64,000 nt of DNA from positions 806,001 through 870,000 of the forward strand of contig CATNEN010000009.1 of the NCBI GenBank assembly GCA_950097015.1, read 5' to 3'. The position numbers and the translations under genes were made by a program. This document shows positions 51,476-64,000 of this stretch, in pieces. The notes under the pieces are model-generated. The model searched no databases. It worked only from the letters and a program-made list of their open reading frames with translations, and had not been told where the DNA came from. This DNA comes from Macrostomum hystrix. Taxonomy: Eukaryota; Animalia; Platyhelminthes. Numbering within the stretch: the stretch's first letter is position 1; each line of letters opens with the position of its first letter.

Positions 51476-52117
51476 TTATCCAGACTTATCCACCAACCTG
51501 GAAATCGAGGAACTCAAACGCAGAGAACAGGAAATTAGGCTCCAGCTGCTCTGAGCTGCAGAGCAAACCTGGCTGCATCATAAAATGGGACAAAAGGCAG
51601 GTGAAAGAAGGCATTAATTAAAACATGGCCAGGGGCAGTCGCATCAGAAGCATGGGGCTGAGGCTGTGTTCAGAGACCGAAATTGGGCAAGCCAGGTCGA
51701 AATTTCACGTCAAGAAAATTCCCAGTCTTGCCCCATTGTGCTCTCGAGGCAGACAAGAAAGTAGCCAGCCGTTAATATACTCCCAACTCAACATTTGCTG
51801 ACGAGCTCAACTCGACTGCGCGAAGAGAGGCGAGCGACACGAGCCAAGCTGCTCAGAGCCGCGCCAGTCAAAAAAGTCGCTGCCTTCGCGGGCTAATAAG
51901 CTACGGCGAGGAAGCGGTGGGACGGCAGCAGGTCCGCTGCGCTCTCCATTTTCTTTTGTCCATCAGATTTTTTCTCGGGCTAAAAATAGCCGGTGAAATC
52001 GTGTTAATCCACAAGGAGCCTGACGTGAGTTAAGTTCGCTCCAAATATGCCAGTACAGGGCCACTACATGCTATTTCATGTCTCCCTGGCTTCCAAATTA
52101 ACTCAGGTGATATTAAT

Positions 52118-52822
52118 ATTGGATAGAGACGTAAGAATGCTGGAGAGAGACTAAGGAATATTGGATGGTGATGAAATAATGCTGGATAGAGACGTAAGAA
52201 TGCTGGAGAGAGACTAAGGAATATTGGATGGTGATGAAATAATGCTGGATAGAGACGTAAGAATGCTGGATAGAGACGTAAGAATGCTGGATAGAGACGT
52301 AAGAATGCTGGATAGAGACGTAAGAATGCTGGATAGAGACTAAGGAATATTGGATAGTGATGAAAGAATGCTGGATAGAGACGTAAGAATGCTGAATAGA
52401 GACGTAAGAATGCTGGATAGAGACGTAAGAATGCTGAATAGAGACGTAAGAATGCTGGATAGAGACGTAAGAATGCTGGATAGAGACGTAAGAATGCTGG
52501 ATAGAGACGTAAGAATGCTGGATAGAGACTAAGGAATATTGGATAGTGATGAAAGAATGCTGGATAGAGACGTAAGAATGCTGAATAGAGACGTAAGAAT
52601 GCTGGATAGAGACGTAAGAATGCTGAATAGAGACGTAAGAATGCTGGATAGAGACGTAAGAATGCTGGATAGAGACGTAAGAATGCTGGATAGAGACGTA
52701 AGAATGCTGGATAGAGACGTAAGAATGCTGGATAGAGACGTAAGAATGCTGGATAGAGACGTAAGAATGCTGGATAGAGACGTAAGAATGCTGGATAGAG
52801 ACGTAAGAATGCTTTATAGAGA
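52118..52822. repeat. 21-bp minisatellite (GATAGAGACGTAAGAATGCTG)n
   Basis: Direct inspection. Confidence 0.95.
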
Positions 52823-53494
52823 CACATGATAGTTTGTTAAAGGCCAATAGAAGATCCTACAGCTGGTAATGATCCGCAATGGTAGAGAAGACAGTCGCTG
52901 GTCAGGCATCAATGGGGTTTGCTAACAAGGCGAACTGGATGGCCAGCGGTAAGGAGCCTGATGCAATTATTCACAGTGGCTGAAGCACAGCTGAATCATG
53001 GCAACATAAATATTCTGCCTGGGAAAGCACTGCCACACCGAAATCAAATCCCCAGACAGTTAAGTCCAGAAGGCCACTTGCCGTCACACCCGCCGCGCGC
53101 TTAGAAATAAAAGTGCACGCAACGGCGAGAAAGATAAAAAATAGTTTGTCGGAGGCAAATCTGTTTTATCGACCTTGCCAAGTGTTGACAATGCCTGCCA
53201 TAGCTTCCACGCAGCCGCTTATCGAGAATCATGCGCATACGAAATAGGAGTCGGCTATGGGAGGTGGACGCCAGGGGGGATAAAAATCCCACCCTGAGTA
53301 GAGGCCTCTGGCGGAAGTGAATCGGCCAAGGCCAGGGGGCATAAGGGTGGAGAGAACGAGTGAGACAGCGAAGAAGAGCGAACTCAGCCTTATTATTGGC
53401 GCTGGCGACAACAGGGCAAAACCGCCTTCCGGCTGGCCCTGCCCGACTGTGGAGGCCGTGACGACTGCGGCCAACACAAAAGAATAAACTGAAG

Positions 53495-54045
53495 CAATAG
53501 TGGGATAAGTATATGCCCAAGTGGGATAAGTATATGCCAGAGTGGAATAAACATATGCCACAGTGGGATAAACATATGCCAGAGTGGGAAAAACATATGC
53601 CAGAGTGGGATAAGCATATGCCAGAGTGGGATAAACATATGCCTGAGTGGGATAAACATATGCCGGAGTGGGATAAACATATGCCACAGTGGAATAAACA
53701 TATGCCACAGTGGAATAAACATATGCCAGAGTGGGAAAAACATATGCCAGAGTGGGATAAACATATGCCTGAGTGGGATAAACATATGCCTGAGTGGGAT
53801 AAACATATGCCGGAGTGGGATAAACATATGCCACAGTGGGATAAACATATGCCAGAGTGGGAAAAACATATGCCAGAGTGAGATAAACATATGCCAGAGT
53901 GGGATAAACATATGCCTGAGTGGGATAAACATATGCCTGAGTGGGATAAACATATGCCGGATTAGGATAAACAAATGTCCAAGTAGGACAAACAGATGTC
54001 CAAGTAGGATAAACAGATCTCCGAGTGGGATAAACAGACTTGCCA
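53495..54045. repeat. 21-bp minisatellite (GAGTGGGATAAACATATGCCA)n
   Basis: Direct inspection. Confidence 0.95.
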
Positions 54046-54139
54046 GTTAATAGGTAAACCAAATATGGTGAAAGTAGATCAGTTTATGGGAGATAAAACT
54101 ATTTTTGGGGAAACGGACGGATCTTGGGAATGCTATGAT

Positions 54140-54215
54140 CGGCTGTTCAGTCCATGGACTGGGTGGACACAACACCCACCTCAATTACCCTATGAGCAAA
54201 TGCTGGTACCCATTT
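54140..54215 (-). mobile_element. SINE fragment
   Basis: GGCTGTTCAGTCCATGGACTGGG...CACCCACCTCAATTA...GCTGGTACCCATTT, homologous to the copies above. Confidence 0.6.
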
Positions 54216-54957
54216 AATAAAAAATGAGATAACAGAGAATTGAAAGTATATTTTATATTGAAATCAATAAATAAAATAAATTTCCTATCTGCCGAAATCC
54301 ATGCAAACTAAGTGGCTTAAAAACCAAATGCTTTGAGAGTGCGATCGTTTAAAAGTGCATATCTGAAGTATTGTTTACAGAGATTTAGGGATTCCAGAGC
54401 CCACAGTAAATATCTGAGCAGCTGAGTTGAGCGCGCTGAGCTTCAAGCAGTCGGAACAAAGAGAATCATACGAAAAAAACAGACAAAAAATGGGGCAGAC
54501 CGAAGATTGGGGGCATTGCGACGGCTAGAGCACAGGCGCGCGGCCGCTCATTCCCAATCAATTAAGCCGATAATGCGATGCCACAAGGGAGGATTTTTTA
54601 GGCGCTGGAGATGGCGAAAGTGTGGCAAAGAGGATTAGGAAATTGAGGAGCACAAGAGAATTGCTCCGCCCCTCCCACACCGCGTCTGGCAAAGGAGAAG
54701 CCCTAGCCGACTTATGGGGCAGAGCGGGCTTTGAAAATCTTCTCTGCTCACTGACGCTGAAACAAGAGGAAACGGGACAGTTACAGCTGCAGCTGCTGTC
54801 GCTGGGCGCTGTTGGAAAGCTTTTTTAGTCTTTATCAATGTTGCATGGCGACTAACCCGTACATAGCGGACTGGCGCTCGACTCCCACTGGATTCAGTCC
54901 AGAAATGTACTTTAGTGAATATTAGTTTAAAAACTTGATTGATAATTAAGGTACTGA

Positions 54958-55303
54958 TAATTCCATTCTGATGGACTAGGCTAGCATTCCATTCTGATGG
55001 ACTAGGCTAGCATTCCATTCTGATGGACTAGGCTAGCATTCCATTCTGATGGACTAGGCTAGCATTCCAGTCTGATGGACTAGGCTAGCATTCCATTCTG
55101 ATGAACTAGGCTAGCATTCCATTCTGATGGACTAGGCTAGCATTCCATTCTGATGGACTAGGCTAGCATTCCATTCTGATGGACTAGGCTAGCATTCCAT
55201 TCTGATGGACTAGGCTAGCATTCCATTCTGATGGACTAGGCTAGCATTCCATTCTGATGGACTAGGCTAGCATTCCATTCTGATGGACTAGGCTAGCATT
55301 CCA
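54958..55303. repeat. 26-bp minisatellite (GCATTCCATTCTGATGGACTAGGCTA)n
   Basis: About 13 copies, abutting the candidate donor at 55309. Confidence 0.95.
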
Positions 55304-55309
55304 TATCAC

Positions 55310-55666
55310 GGATTCTTGATTCCGGATTCCCCGAGCCCGGAGCTTCGGCCTCACCCGTCGGCGCTGCCGCAGATCCAGAATGCTGCCAGGCGACAGAAAG
55401 CCTGACGAGAATTCGGCGGAGGCGCGACCAGCCGCGCACGGAGTAATCCGAATGCCCGGAATAGACAGCCGGCGCTGCTGCTGCTGCTGTTGCTGCAGCT
55501 GCAACTGCTGCGCGTGGCCGCTAACTGACAGCAGGCCGCTTCCGCCTCCACCGCTACTGCCGCCGCCTACGCCGCATCCGCCAACAGCAACTCTAAGGCG
55601 ACTCTTTGGCGAGGCGAGGCTCCTGCGCTGCGGTGGCTGCTGACCCTCCACGGTTGAGCCGGTCGG
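55310..55666 (-). CDS. Candidate MAST upstream exon (G/Q-rich, RRLSIPGIRITP)
   Basis: GC-rich open frame with poly-G/poly-Q like the neighbouring exons; phase-0 ends (CGTAG|, TCC|GTGATA); both splice sites weak. Confidence 0.4.
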
Positions 55667-58027
55667 CTACGGAGGCGCTCCTTCGGTAGATTCTGGCGCC
55701 CGCCGGCGATTCGTTCCCAGTTAGGGAGGCTTCAAATCCGGATCGCCCAGGGATAAGGATCTCGCAATTTCAGTCGCTGGCAGTGGGAAAGCAACTAAAT
55801 AAAATTTCTGGCCTCTCTGCAAAGATGCAAAGAAATGGCGAAGCGGAGGTGCGTTAGAAAAATGTTCCAGGGAAAGGCGAGGAGAGCCAACGATGCGGCC
55901 GCGAGTGTGGGAGGGAGGCAGGGAACTCAAGAATGGCCACGAGCCACTTCTCCATCGAAAGAAGAAGTAGGGTCGCGGGCGGGAGGCTGGCCCGGGATGG
56001 GAGCACGGGATAGGAAGGCACTGCCAGGAGAGGGAGGAATAGGGACGGCAGTGGCTCAGCAACAAAAAAATGAAGAGAGGATTGGAGGAGGCCGCAGGCT
56101 TGTCTCCAGGCGGCCCAGCCTCCCACCTCCCTCATCAGGCACTCCACCGTTCCGCAGAAGCCAGAAGGAAGATGCCGGTTCAGAGGAAGAAGACGCTGTC
56201 TCCCTCCGTCTCGTCTCGCGCCACCTTCGTCTCATCTTCATCAACTCCCACCTCGGGCCGCCCCCACACGGTGCCGAAGAGACAAATGACAGCCGCAAGC
56301 AGCCATGCCAGCCAGATAAATAGAAACACTCGACTGGGCCCGAGCGACTTCCCGGCCACTGGGATGAGTCTCGGACAGCACTCTACGGAGATCCGGGTGG
56401 GAGAGCGAATGCGCAGATGGGGATCATATTGGAGGGGAAGAGGAAGGCGAAGCACTTAAGGCAAGCGGAGGCAGATTAGGCTAACATTGCCGAGTGAGAC
56501 ACTGGGAAAGAAGGGAAAAGGAGAGACCTCCATAGCCAAGGGAGTCACTAGCAAATAGTCCTGGCTAAGATGGCTAAACTACCAAGCCATCCACCACAAA
56601 AGTCTGAATCAGCTGAGCTTCAATGGCGCTGCTGCTTTCGCTGCCCGATCCATATGTTGGAATCCCGAGCGCAGATCCCAACGCCGAGTATTTTAACTAC
56701 CTGGCTGACAGCAGGGTAAATAGGCCTTTGTCTTTTATTTCGGAGACAACGCCGGCTGATAGACAAAGGCCCGGCTTCGGGGGAGTAGCAGGGCGCACAA
56801 AAAGCCCTGCCGCCAGGTGAAAGAAGAACAAGGCACAGCAGATACACGGCCGATATGATGACAGATAAGACAGGCCTGTATCAGGCTCACAGTTCTCTCA
56901 ACCAGTCCGAAATCAGTGCCAGGGATGCGGAGCACGCACGCCACGCAGGACAGACTCGGAGACTGCCGAATCCGCACGCAGTTTAATATCTCCGGGCATA
57001 AATTATTTGCCCGCCTACAAAATGAGGCTAGATTAGGCTGGGGACACGGAAATTAGATAGCCGGGTCTGTTCTGCTAAATTCTCGCGCGCTTCAGCACGA
57101 CATGCTAGGCTCAGAAGCTCTGCTATTAGTGCGGCCGAGAGTGAGCAGACGTAGCGATGAAATCACTGCGAAATCTGCAAGCGGGCTGGCTCGGAGAAAG
57201 CAGCGCGAGCGAGTGCTCAACAGAGCAGTAGCAACTGAGCTGGGATGTCAGTCCAGTGAGCAGATGGCTCAATTATGCCCATCGAATGCGGCAAGAGCTG
57301 TTTCTAAGAAATCATTGCGAAAACAAAAGCAGGAGCGCCGCTGCTTTGTCAGTCTTCTGCTTTTGATGCGCGGCGGACAGGTAGGAAAACTCGATATGCT
57401 AGCGGCGGGGCATCGCGAGTTGAGCTTGAAGAAGACTCAAGAAAGTGAAGCCGTCTTGAGAATAGCCGGTAATTTTCGACTCCCCAATCCCCCATTATCC
57501 GAGCAGGAGTTTTTCCCCATCGCAGACTCGGAGCGAAGCCCGCCGAGTGCGCCGCCCGTCCCAGCGCCTGTACCGAAGCGGCTGGCTTTGAGCAGCAGCT
57601 AGTAGGGAAAATAGAAAACAGAAGAGGATCACCTAAAAAAAGACAGGGCCGTGTTTACGGACTGGGCGCTGGGCTGGCCGAACTATGTCAGCTGATTGCT
57701 CAGCCCAGCCTTTGAGCAGGTTGGACACACTCTGCTACATGCAGGTCCGAAAGAGATAAGGTTGAAAGCGGCTAGGTAAAAAGAATACATCAGGTGCTGT
57801 GAGCTAGCGGAGGCAGCAGGAGGGTCGGAGACAGACAGGGATAAGAAAGATTTGAATTAAACAAAGAGTGAGATTGATGAAGACGGACATAATGGAGAAA
57901 TGCTTAGTGCAAGGGGTGAGGAAATGGAAGGAAATTTGAGTCTGAGAGAAAGCGGAAATAAAATGAAAATGGGGATGAAAGCCAGGGAAATGGAAATAGA
58001 ACAAACATAGTACTAGAGAGAACTGGG

Positions 58028-58720
58028 AATCAGAGAGAGATGAGGATCAGAGAGTTGAGGATCAGAGAAGATGATGATCAGAGAAGATGATGATCAGAGA
58101 AGATGATGATCAGAGAAGATGATGATCAGAGAAGATGATGATCAGAGAAGATGATGATCAGAGAGATGAGGATCAGAGAGATGATGATCAGAGAAGATGA
58201 GGATCAGAGAGATGAGGATCAGAGAAGATGATGATCAGAGAGATGAGGATCAGAGAAGATGAGGATCAGAGAAGATGATGATCAGAGAGATGAGGATCAG
58301 AGAAGATGATGATCAGAGAAGATGATGATCAGAGAAGATGATGATCAGAGAGATGAGGATCAGAGAGATGAGGATCAGAGAAGATGATGATCAGAGAGAT
58401 GAGGATCAGAGAAGATGAGGATCAGAGAGATGAGGATCAGAGAAGATGATGATCAGAGAGATGAGGATCAGAGAAGATGAGGATCAGAGAAGATGATGAT
58501 CAGAGAGATGAGGATCAGAGAAGATGATGATCAGAGAGATGAGGATCAGAGAAGATGAGGATCAGAGAGGGATGATGATCAGAGAGAGAGAGATAAGGAT
58601 TAGAGAGATGAGGATCAGAGAAATGAGGATATGAGATAGGTGAGGATCAGAGAGAGTGATGAGTATCAGAAAGAGATGAGGATAATAGCGAGGTGAAAAT
58701 CAGTATCAGTGAGGATCAGA
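58028..58720. repeat. 15/16-bp purine-rich repeat (GATCAGAGAAGATGAT / GATCAGAGAGATGAG)
   Basis: Direct inspection. Confidence 0.92.
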
Positions 58721-58901
58721 GAGAATTGGGTAACAATCGGTATGTAATAAATCGAATGTAAGAAATGCCCTTTGCAGGATCGCGAAAATTGTTCTTCATA
58801 ACAGGTCCAGCCAAGGCTGACGCGGGAGCGTGTCGGACATCACGTGAGAAGTGCACAGCTGCCGCAGCAGGAGAGCAATTCAATCCCACAGCAAGCATTA
58901 C

Positions 58902-58982
58902 CGGCAAGCGTTCATCCAGCTCCAACAATGGGTCCTTGGATACAGCAGGTAGGGGAGAGCAGCTCACGCATTCTGCTGCCAT
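58902..58982 (-). CDS. Candidate 81-nt exon (MAAECVSCSPLPAVSKDPLLELDERLP)
   Basis: Strong acceptor CTCTGTTCTATTTTTAG|ATG and donor CCG|GTAATG, phase 0-0. Confidence 0.35.
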
Positions 58983-59444
58983 CTAAAAATAGAACAGAGC
59001 TGCCAAAACTCGCTCTGGCAAGGAAGAGCTTGTTCTCTACTGCAATGAGGATCGATACAATGGCGAAGCCCTGAAGAGGATCGATTAGAATTACAAATAT
59101 CCCTGCACACCTGACAGAGCCTGGGATATCGAGAGTGAGTCTCTCGCAGGCCAGGTGCGTTAGCAAGCCTCCATCTGTTTGATTATCATGTTGGGACGGG
59201 AAACGACACTTGAAAAATTGACTCTTCAGCCCTGCCTTGTGCGACGAACAGAACTACTGATTAAACTGATTTGGCTAAGCCAACACTGGGGAGTAAAAAA
59301 TCTGTTAAGAAAATTCGCTCTGTAGTAGCTACCGTAAGTAGTAAGAATGACTGTACACCCGTTTTTTTTAACTAGAAACGAAAATTTTGCGTATAATAAG
59401 TTTGAGTGAGTTTAACACGAGTAAGATTTTATATTAAGTTGGAG

Positions 59445-59760
59445 CACATAAGAGCACAGGTTGGAGATTAGCACAGGTGAAGGATTAGCACAGGTGGAGG
59501 ATTAGCACAGGTGGAGGATGAGCACAGGTTAGATATTAGCACAGGTGAAGGATTAGCACAGGTGGAGGATTAGCACAGGTGGGGATGAGCACAGGTGGAG
59601 GATTAGCACAGGTGGGGATGAGCACAGGTGGAGGATGAGCACAGGTGGGGGATGAGCACAGGTGAAGGATGAGCACCTGGTGGGGGATGAGCACAGGTGG
59701 AGGATTAGCACAGGTGGAGGATGAGCACAGTTTGGTGATGAGCAAATAGGAATGAGCACA
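59445..59760. repeat. 17-bp repeat (GAGCACAGGTGGAGGAT)n
   Basis: Directly downstream (minus strand) of the SAM exon donor. Confidence 0.92.
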
Positions 59761-59777
59761 TATGACCTCCTACTGAC

Positions 59778-60095
59778 CTCCCGGTCGGAATCCTCAGCGC
59801 AGCGGGCTCGCCTGACGGCGCAGAGGACGCGAGATCGGAGCCGCTGGTCGCAGACGCCAAGCTCGATTCGCAGCCGGTCGGCAGTGAGCTGGCGGAACTG
59901 GTTCAGCGAATAGTCAGCAGGGAACAGGCCGGAGCAGTCGGAGAGGCCGGCTCGCTGCAGGTAGCGTCGGAAAGCCTCCTGCGCAGCGACGGCGGCCGCC
60001 ACAGTGCCAGCCGACGCTGTTGAAGACGAAGATGGTGAAGCGATGATGAGGTTTCCGGGCCGAGTCTGGGACTCAGGCTGTCCTGACTCGCTCAT
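59778..60095 (-). CDS. SAM (sterile alpha motif) domain exon, probably the 5'-most coding exon of the MAST locus
   Basis: FRRYLQRAGLSDCSGLFPADYSLNQFRQLTADRLRIELGVCDQRLRSRVLCAVRRA follows the SAM pattern L..GL....F......F..LT...L..LGV.....R..L.AV; donor GAG|GTCAGT (phase 0). Confidence 0.7.
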
Positions 60096-60863
60096 TATGC
60101 TAATAAGGCTTCGAGTAGATAGTAGAGCAGGTCAAACAAGCGAGGCTGATATAGGGGCTATGCGGCGCTGCTGCTGCTGCTTCTGCTGTCAGCTAGCATA
60201 ACTGCTGACTGCTGCTGCAGGAACAATCAGTGTGGAATGAAACAGATTCCCAAATTTACACAATTACATACATTTAGCAGCATGTAAATTACACAAAAAA
60301 GCTTAAAAGCCATCTTTTTGTGGCTTTGTACCCCAAATTGTGTGGTCTAAGGGAGCTTAGGAAAAAAGAAAATTTAATAACTGATTGGTTACTTATACCC
60401 TAATGTTCCTATAGTTTGAGAAAAATAAACATTATTTTTTTCACATATCCAATAATTATCTAGATAGAATATATATGAATTAGACTTACAGTCAGTATCA
60501 CAGCAATGTAACTATAGCAATGCTTCATTAAAACCTTGGGCCTATATTTATTTAGCTTAGCCATTCATCAAACAATTCAATTAAGGAAGCTGCCATGGCT
60601 AGATGTCAATTTTAAGCCCATTTTAAGTGAAGTAACCTAAAGCACTAGGGAATTTAGCATCTTACTTAATACAATAGCTAACAGGCCTAACACCAATTGT
60701 TTATTTAATTTAGGATAAAAGTTTGAGACTTAAGAAATTTAAAAAGTTTAAATGCTTGAGAACTACTGACCTTTTGGCTTTTAGCAAGATGTATAATCAT
60801 ACCTCTATAAGTATACAAAGCTAGGGCCTATATATAACATCTAGGCTACAAGTACAACAGTCA

Positions 60864-61295
60864 GGATCATAGACACTTCGTCATCTTACAACTTCGTCAT
60901 CCACTTGGAAGGTAGGACACTTCGTCATCCAGCCAATTGGCATGCTTTAAAGTTTGGTCAGTTCGTCATCTTCTAAAAACAAGCAATCAAGTTCGTCATC
61001 AATAAAGTGAGGGTGGGGACATGGGGTGGTGGGGCAGAGGTGTGAACACACTTCACACTCTAAATTATCAAAAAGAGGTGTCAAAACTGATTTCATTATA
61101 AGTGTTGAAAGATAGGTGCCAACACGATGTGAGGAGGGGTGGGGAGGGGTGGTTCTGTTCTAACTTTGAAAACTTTTGTTTTATAGATGACGAAGTGTCC
61201 ACAAGTCTAAGTCTCTTCATCATCCACCCACTAAGATATTGGACAGATCGTCATCTGGATGACGAAGTTGTAAGATGACGAAGTGTCAAGGTACC
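60864..61295. mobile_element. Non-autonomous DNA transposon (MITE), Mutator/foldback-like
   Basis: TIRs contain a perfect inverted GACACTTCGTCATCTTACAACTTCGTCATCCA; GG...CC termini; 9-bp TSD CAACAGTCA (60855-60863, 61296-61304); internal CTTCGTCATC repeats. Confidence 0.85.
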
Positions 61296-61381
61296 CAACA
61301 GTCATTATTCATTATTTATAGTCATAGGCCTAAGCAATCACAGCTTGGACAAAATAGCCAGCCAATTTATATAGAGCAGAG

Positions 61382-61725
61382 GGTCCCAGGTCATTTCGGT
61401 GACAAGACATTTCGGTGACAGTCATTTCGGTGACAACTCAAGTCGTTTCGGTGACAGAATTGGTCAGTTTAATGACAACTATTCTTGCACCTGAATATGC
61501 TTAGAAAACAGCCTTCCATGTGAACTAATCATTATTATTCATCATTATTTAATAATACTTAATAGGTGTGCGTAGTTCACATGGAAGGCTGTTTTCTACG
61601 CACATGGAACTGGAAGGCTGTTTCCTAAGCATATTCAGGTGCAAGAATAGTTGTCACCGAACTGACCCATTTTGTCACCGAAACGATGTCACCGAAATGT
61701 CTTGTCACCGAAATGACCTGGGACC
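61382..61725. mobile_element. Foldback-type MITE with long TIRs (about 150 bp)
   Basis: GGTCCCAGGTCATTTCGGTGACAAGACATTTCGGTGACA and its reverse complement at the ends; TTTCGGTGACA subrepeats; 8-bp TSD GAGCAGAG (61374-61381, 61726-61733). Confidence 0.85.
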
Positions 61726-64000
61726 GAGCAGAGCTCTTGTTAATTCACTAGCTAGTTGATTAATTTAGAGTACAACAAATATTAGTAAATCACAACACAG
61801 ATACAGCATCATTTTAAGTTAAAATTCAATTACCTCTTGTAAGTTGTAACTAGCTTTTTATAGCTAACTGACTATATATAGGTCCTAGCTATTTGATTAT
61901 GGGGTTTAAAATAAAATTTTTATCTATTAGTCCATATGAAAAAATAATAATAACGGGCAGTAATTAAAAGAAATAAATACTTTTGTAAACTTCATAACAA
62001 TTGGAGTTCACTCTGTTACATGATCACAGTGTCCTGTAAATTAGTAAGTTAGTAATTTAGTAAATTTCGTAGAACCAAAAGCTTTACATTCCATATGTAA
62101 TTTGTTGTTCAAATCATTGCAAAGCTTTTAAACTGCCTTTAGGCTTTAAGTTTTCAGAAAAACTGGAGCAGAGCTGTTTTCTGTCTTATTCTTACAAGCA
62201 CTAGAACTAAGGTTTGCTAGTAAGGTAACCACTAGGTCAGTGAAGATATTTACTTATTATTACTTATTATATTTACTTATTAGATATTTATGTGTACTCT
62301 AATTGATTTAGTTACTTTACACGAGTGGAACACATCTATACACTAACAACATTCTCCTTTTTTAAGTTGTTAGTGATGATTCATTAACAATACTTTCACT
62401 TTGTAATAACTGTCACGTTTTGTTCAAATTTAAATTTTTTAACTAGTACAACAAATAATGTTTACCTCGGTATATATTAAATTCGGTTGATTTTTATATA
62501 CAATACAGATACATCATAAGCAATGTATTTTTTTATTTTAATTGTAAATACTGAAGTTTTAACATATTCGCATCATTTTCCCCATTAGATCACGTCCGCA
62601 AGATTTTTTATTTGGCATTCACATTTTTTCGAAAGCCAGAGTGTGCTATGCGGTGGAAAAATTGTATCCGTCTTATAAATTCTATATTTTCCTCCCATTT
62701 ACTCCGATTTTAGTACTAGAATACTCTCAAAAAGTAATATACCTGAATTCGAATGCATGCGCAAAGTAAAATGTTTTTCACGTTGTAATTTTCAGCGCAA
62801 ATATTTTCCTTGCTATTTTCATAGCTCCACTTTTAGTACCATTTTGTGGCACTACTGTGATAATAGATTCGAAATTAAAAGATGTGACAAAAACAAATGA
62901 CATCAACCTAGACTTAAATGTTACGTAAACTCAATTATTTTTCGTACATAAGAGCAGATCTGTCGCGAATAGACAATAGCGCTATTGTACATTGTACACA
63001 TTATTGATCGTTAAAAAACGTTAAAAAACGTTATCACCTATGTTTCGGGCAGTTCACTTAGTATTGACCGACCAATGACATGGTCGTAACAACGGAGCAT
63101 CTTTGAGCAAGATGGAGAGTAGTTTACATGTCTCTCCAGGCTAGAGAGTGGCGTGCTGCAAGCTGGGCTGGGCTAGCTGCACTTAAAACTCGAACAAAAT
63201 CAATCCAGTATGACATCGCCCAATCACCCAGTTGTTTATCATTAGTTTTCGCACGCGTACTCCAAGAAGACTTCATTCTAGAAGAATTTTCCTTCTTGTG
63301 CACTATAGCTTCGAAGATGACAAAGCTCACAGGGGGTCAGTCCTGTTGTCAGGACTTTTCTCGAATGAAAAAAAATCTATCCTGCGCTACTTTATAGTAA
63401 CATACGATTTTATTTGCTACTGATTTTTTACTAAATTTTGTCTGTGATAAAAATCCTCACTTATTCTGGCTACGAGCTCTGCCGTAGTTTGGCTGCATAT
63501 TTTTGGCCTTATTAATTATGCGAGTATGAAGTCAGGGGCGCGCGCAGAACCAACAAGTTTACCATCAACGCCTCATGGTTTGTGCGAAGTCTAGCAATCG
63601 ACTCTGGCTGGTCCCATAGGCAGGTAAAGAAGAGAAGCTCTTCTATTCTGCAGGCTTTTTTCAGTCTGCGCTCAGGTGTTCCAATTGGTACGCAATTCAT
63701 TTCCGAGGGCTTCAGTGCGCAGAGCTGAAGGAAAGCTTTCACTACGGAATTGTGCGGGGTAGGCTTGGAATGAAATCCGAATTGTACCACGCAGTCGCGA
63801 ACTAGATTGGAATAAATGCAAAGCCTTCAATGAAGGAGAGCATCCAGTGGGCGTGATACAATCGCTGCGAGACGCCAGAAACGCTCGAGGACGAAGTAAA
63901 AATTGTGCTCGACTCAGTCTGCTATTGAACATAAAGGTCACTCCAAAAGTAAAAATGACTTCAGATTTTTTTTCATCTCGAATTTTTTTTACATCGTCTG

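Noticed and set aside
50453-54062. Repeat-derived ORFs, including the coiled-coil-looking tail LEIEELKRREQEIRLQLL
   Set aside because: Minisatellite translations; the tail is antisense to a better-supported candidate MAST exon.
56180-56455. Minus ORF with a hydrophobic stretch (VFLFIWLAWLLAAVICLFG)
   Set aside because: No ATG in frame, no convincing acceptor and no recognisable family.
63100-64000. Short ORFs at the window end
   Set aside because: No recognisable motifs, splice logic or repeat termini.

Overview
Eukaryotic (metazoan) genomic DNA with GC-rich, low-complexity-rich exons, GT-AG introns and many minisatellite arrays. The style resembles the flatworm Macrostomum, which is an inference I cannot verify. 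All annotation was done by eye, with no database searches. From left to right: (1) the first three exons of PIGK/GPI8 on the minus strand, running off the window start; (2) a solitary replication-dependent histone H4 with its 3' stem-loop; (3) a very large minus-strand MAST-family kinase gene. The MAST core (DUF1908, kinase, AGC C-terminus, PDZ) lies at about 5.7-13.6 kb. Its conserved N-terminal exons lie at 22.9-23.1 kb and 36.1 kb, so the gene spans at least 30 kb. Further phase-compatible exons continue to a SAM-domain exon at about 60 kb. One MAST intron hosts three complete genes: two convergent, intronless MICU2/3-like paralogues and a TMEM237-like gene. Introns are packed with tandem arrays. 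Some are built from copies of the splice donor, and one inverted pair brackets an exon. Mobile elements include a 5'-truncated LINE with a target-site duplication (TSD) inside a minisatellite, tRNA-derived CORE-type SINEs, and two foldback MITEs with TSDs.
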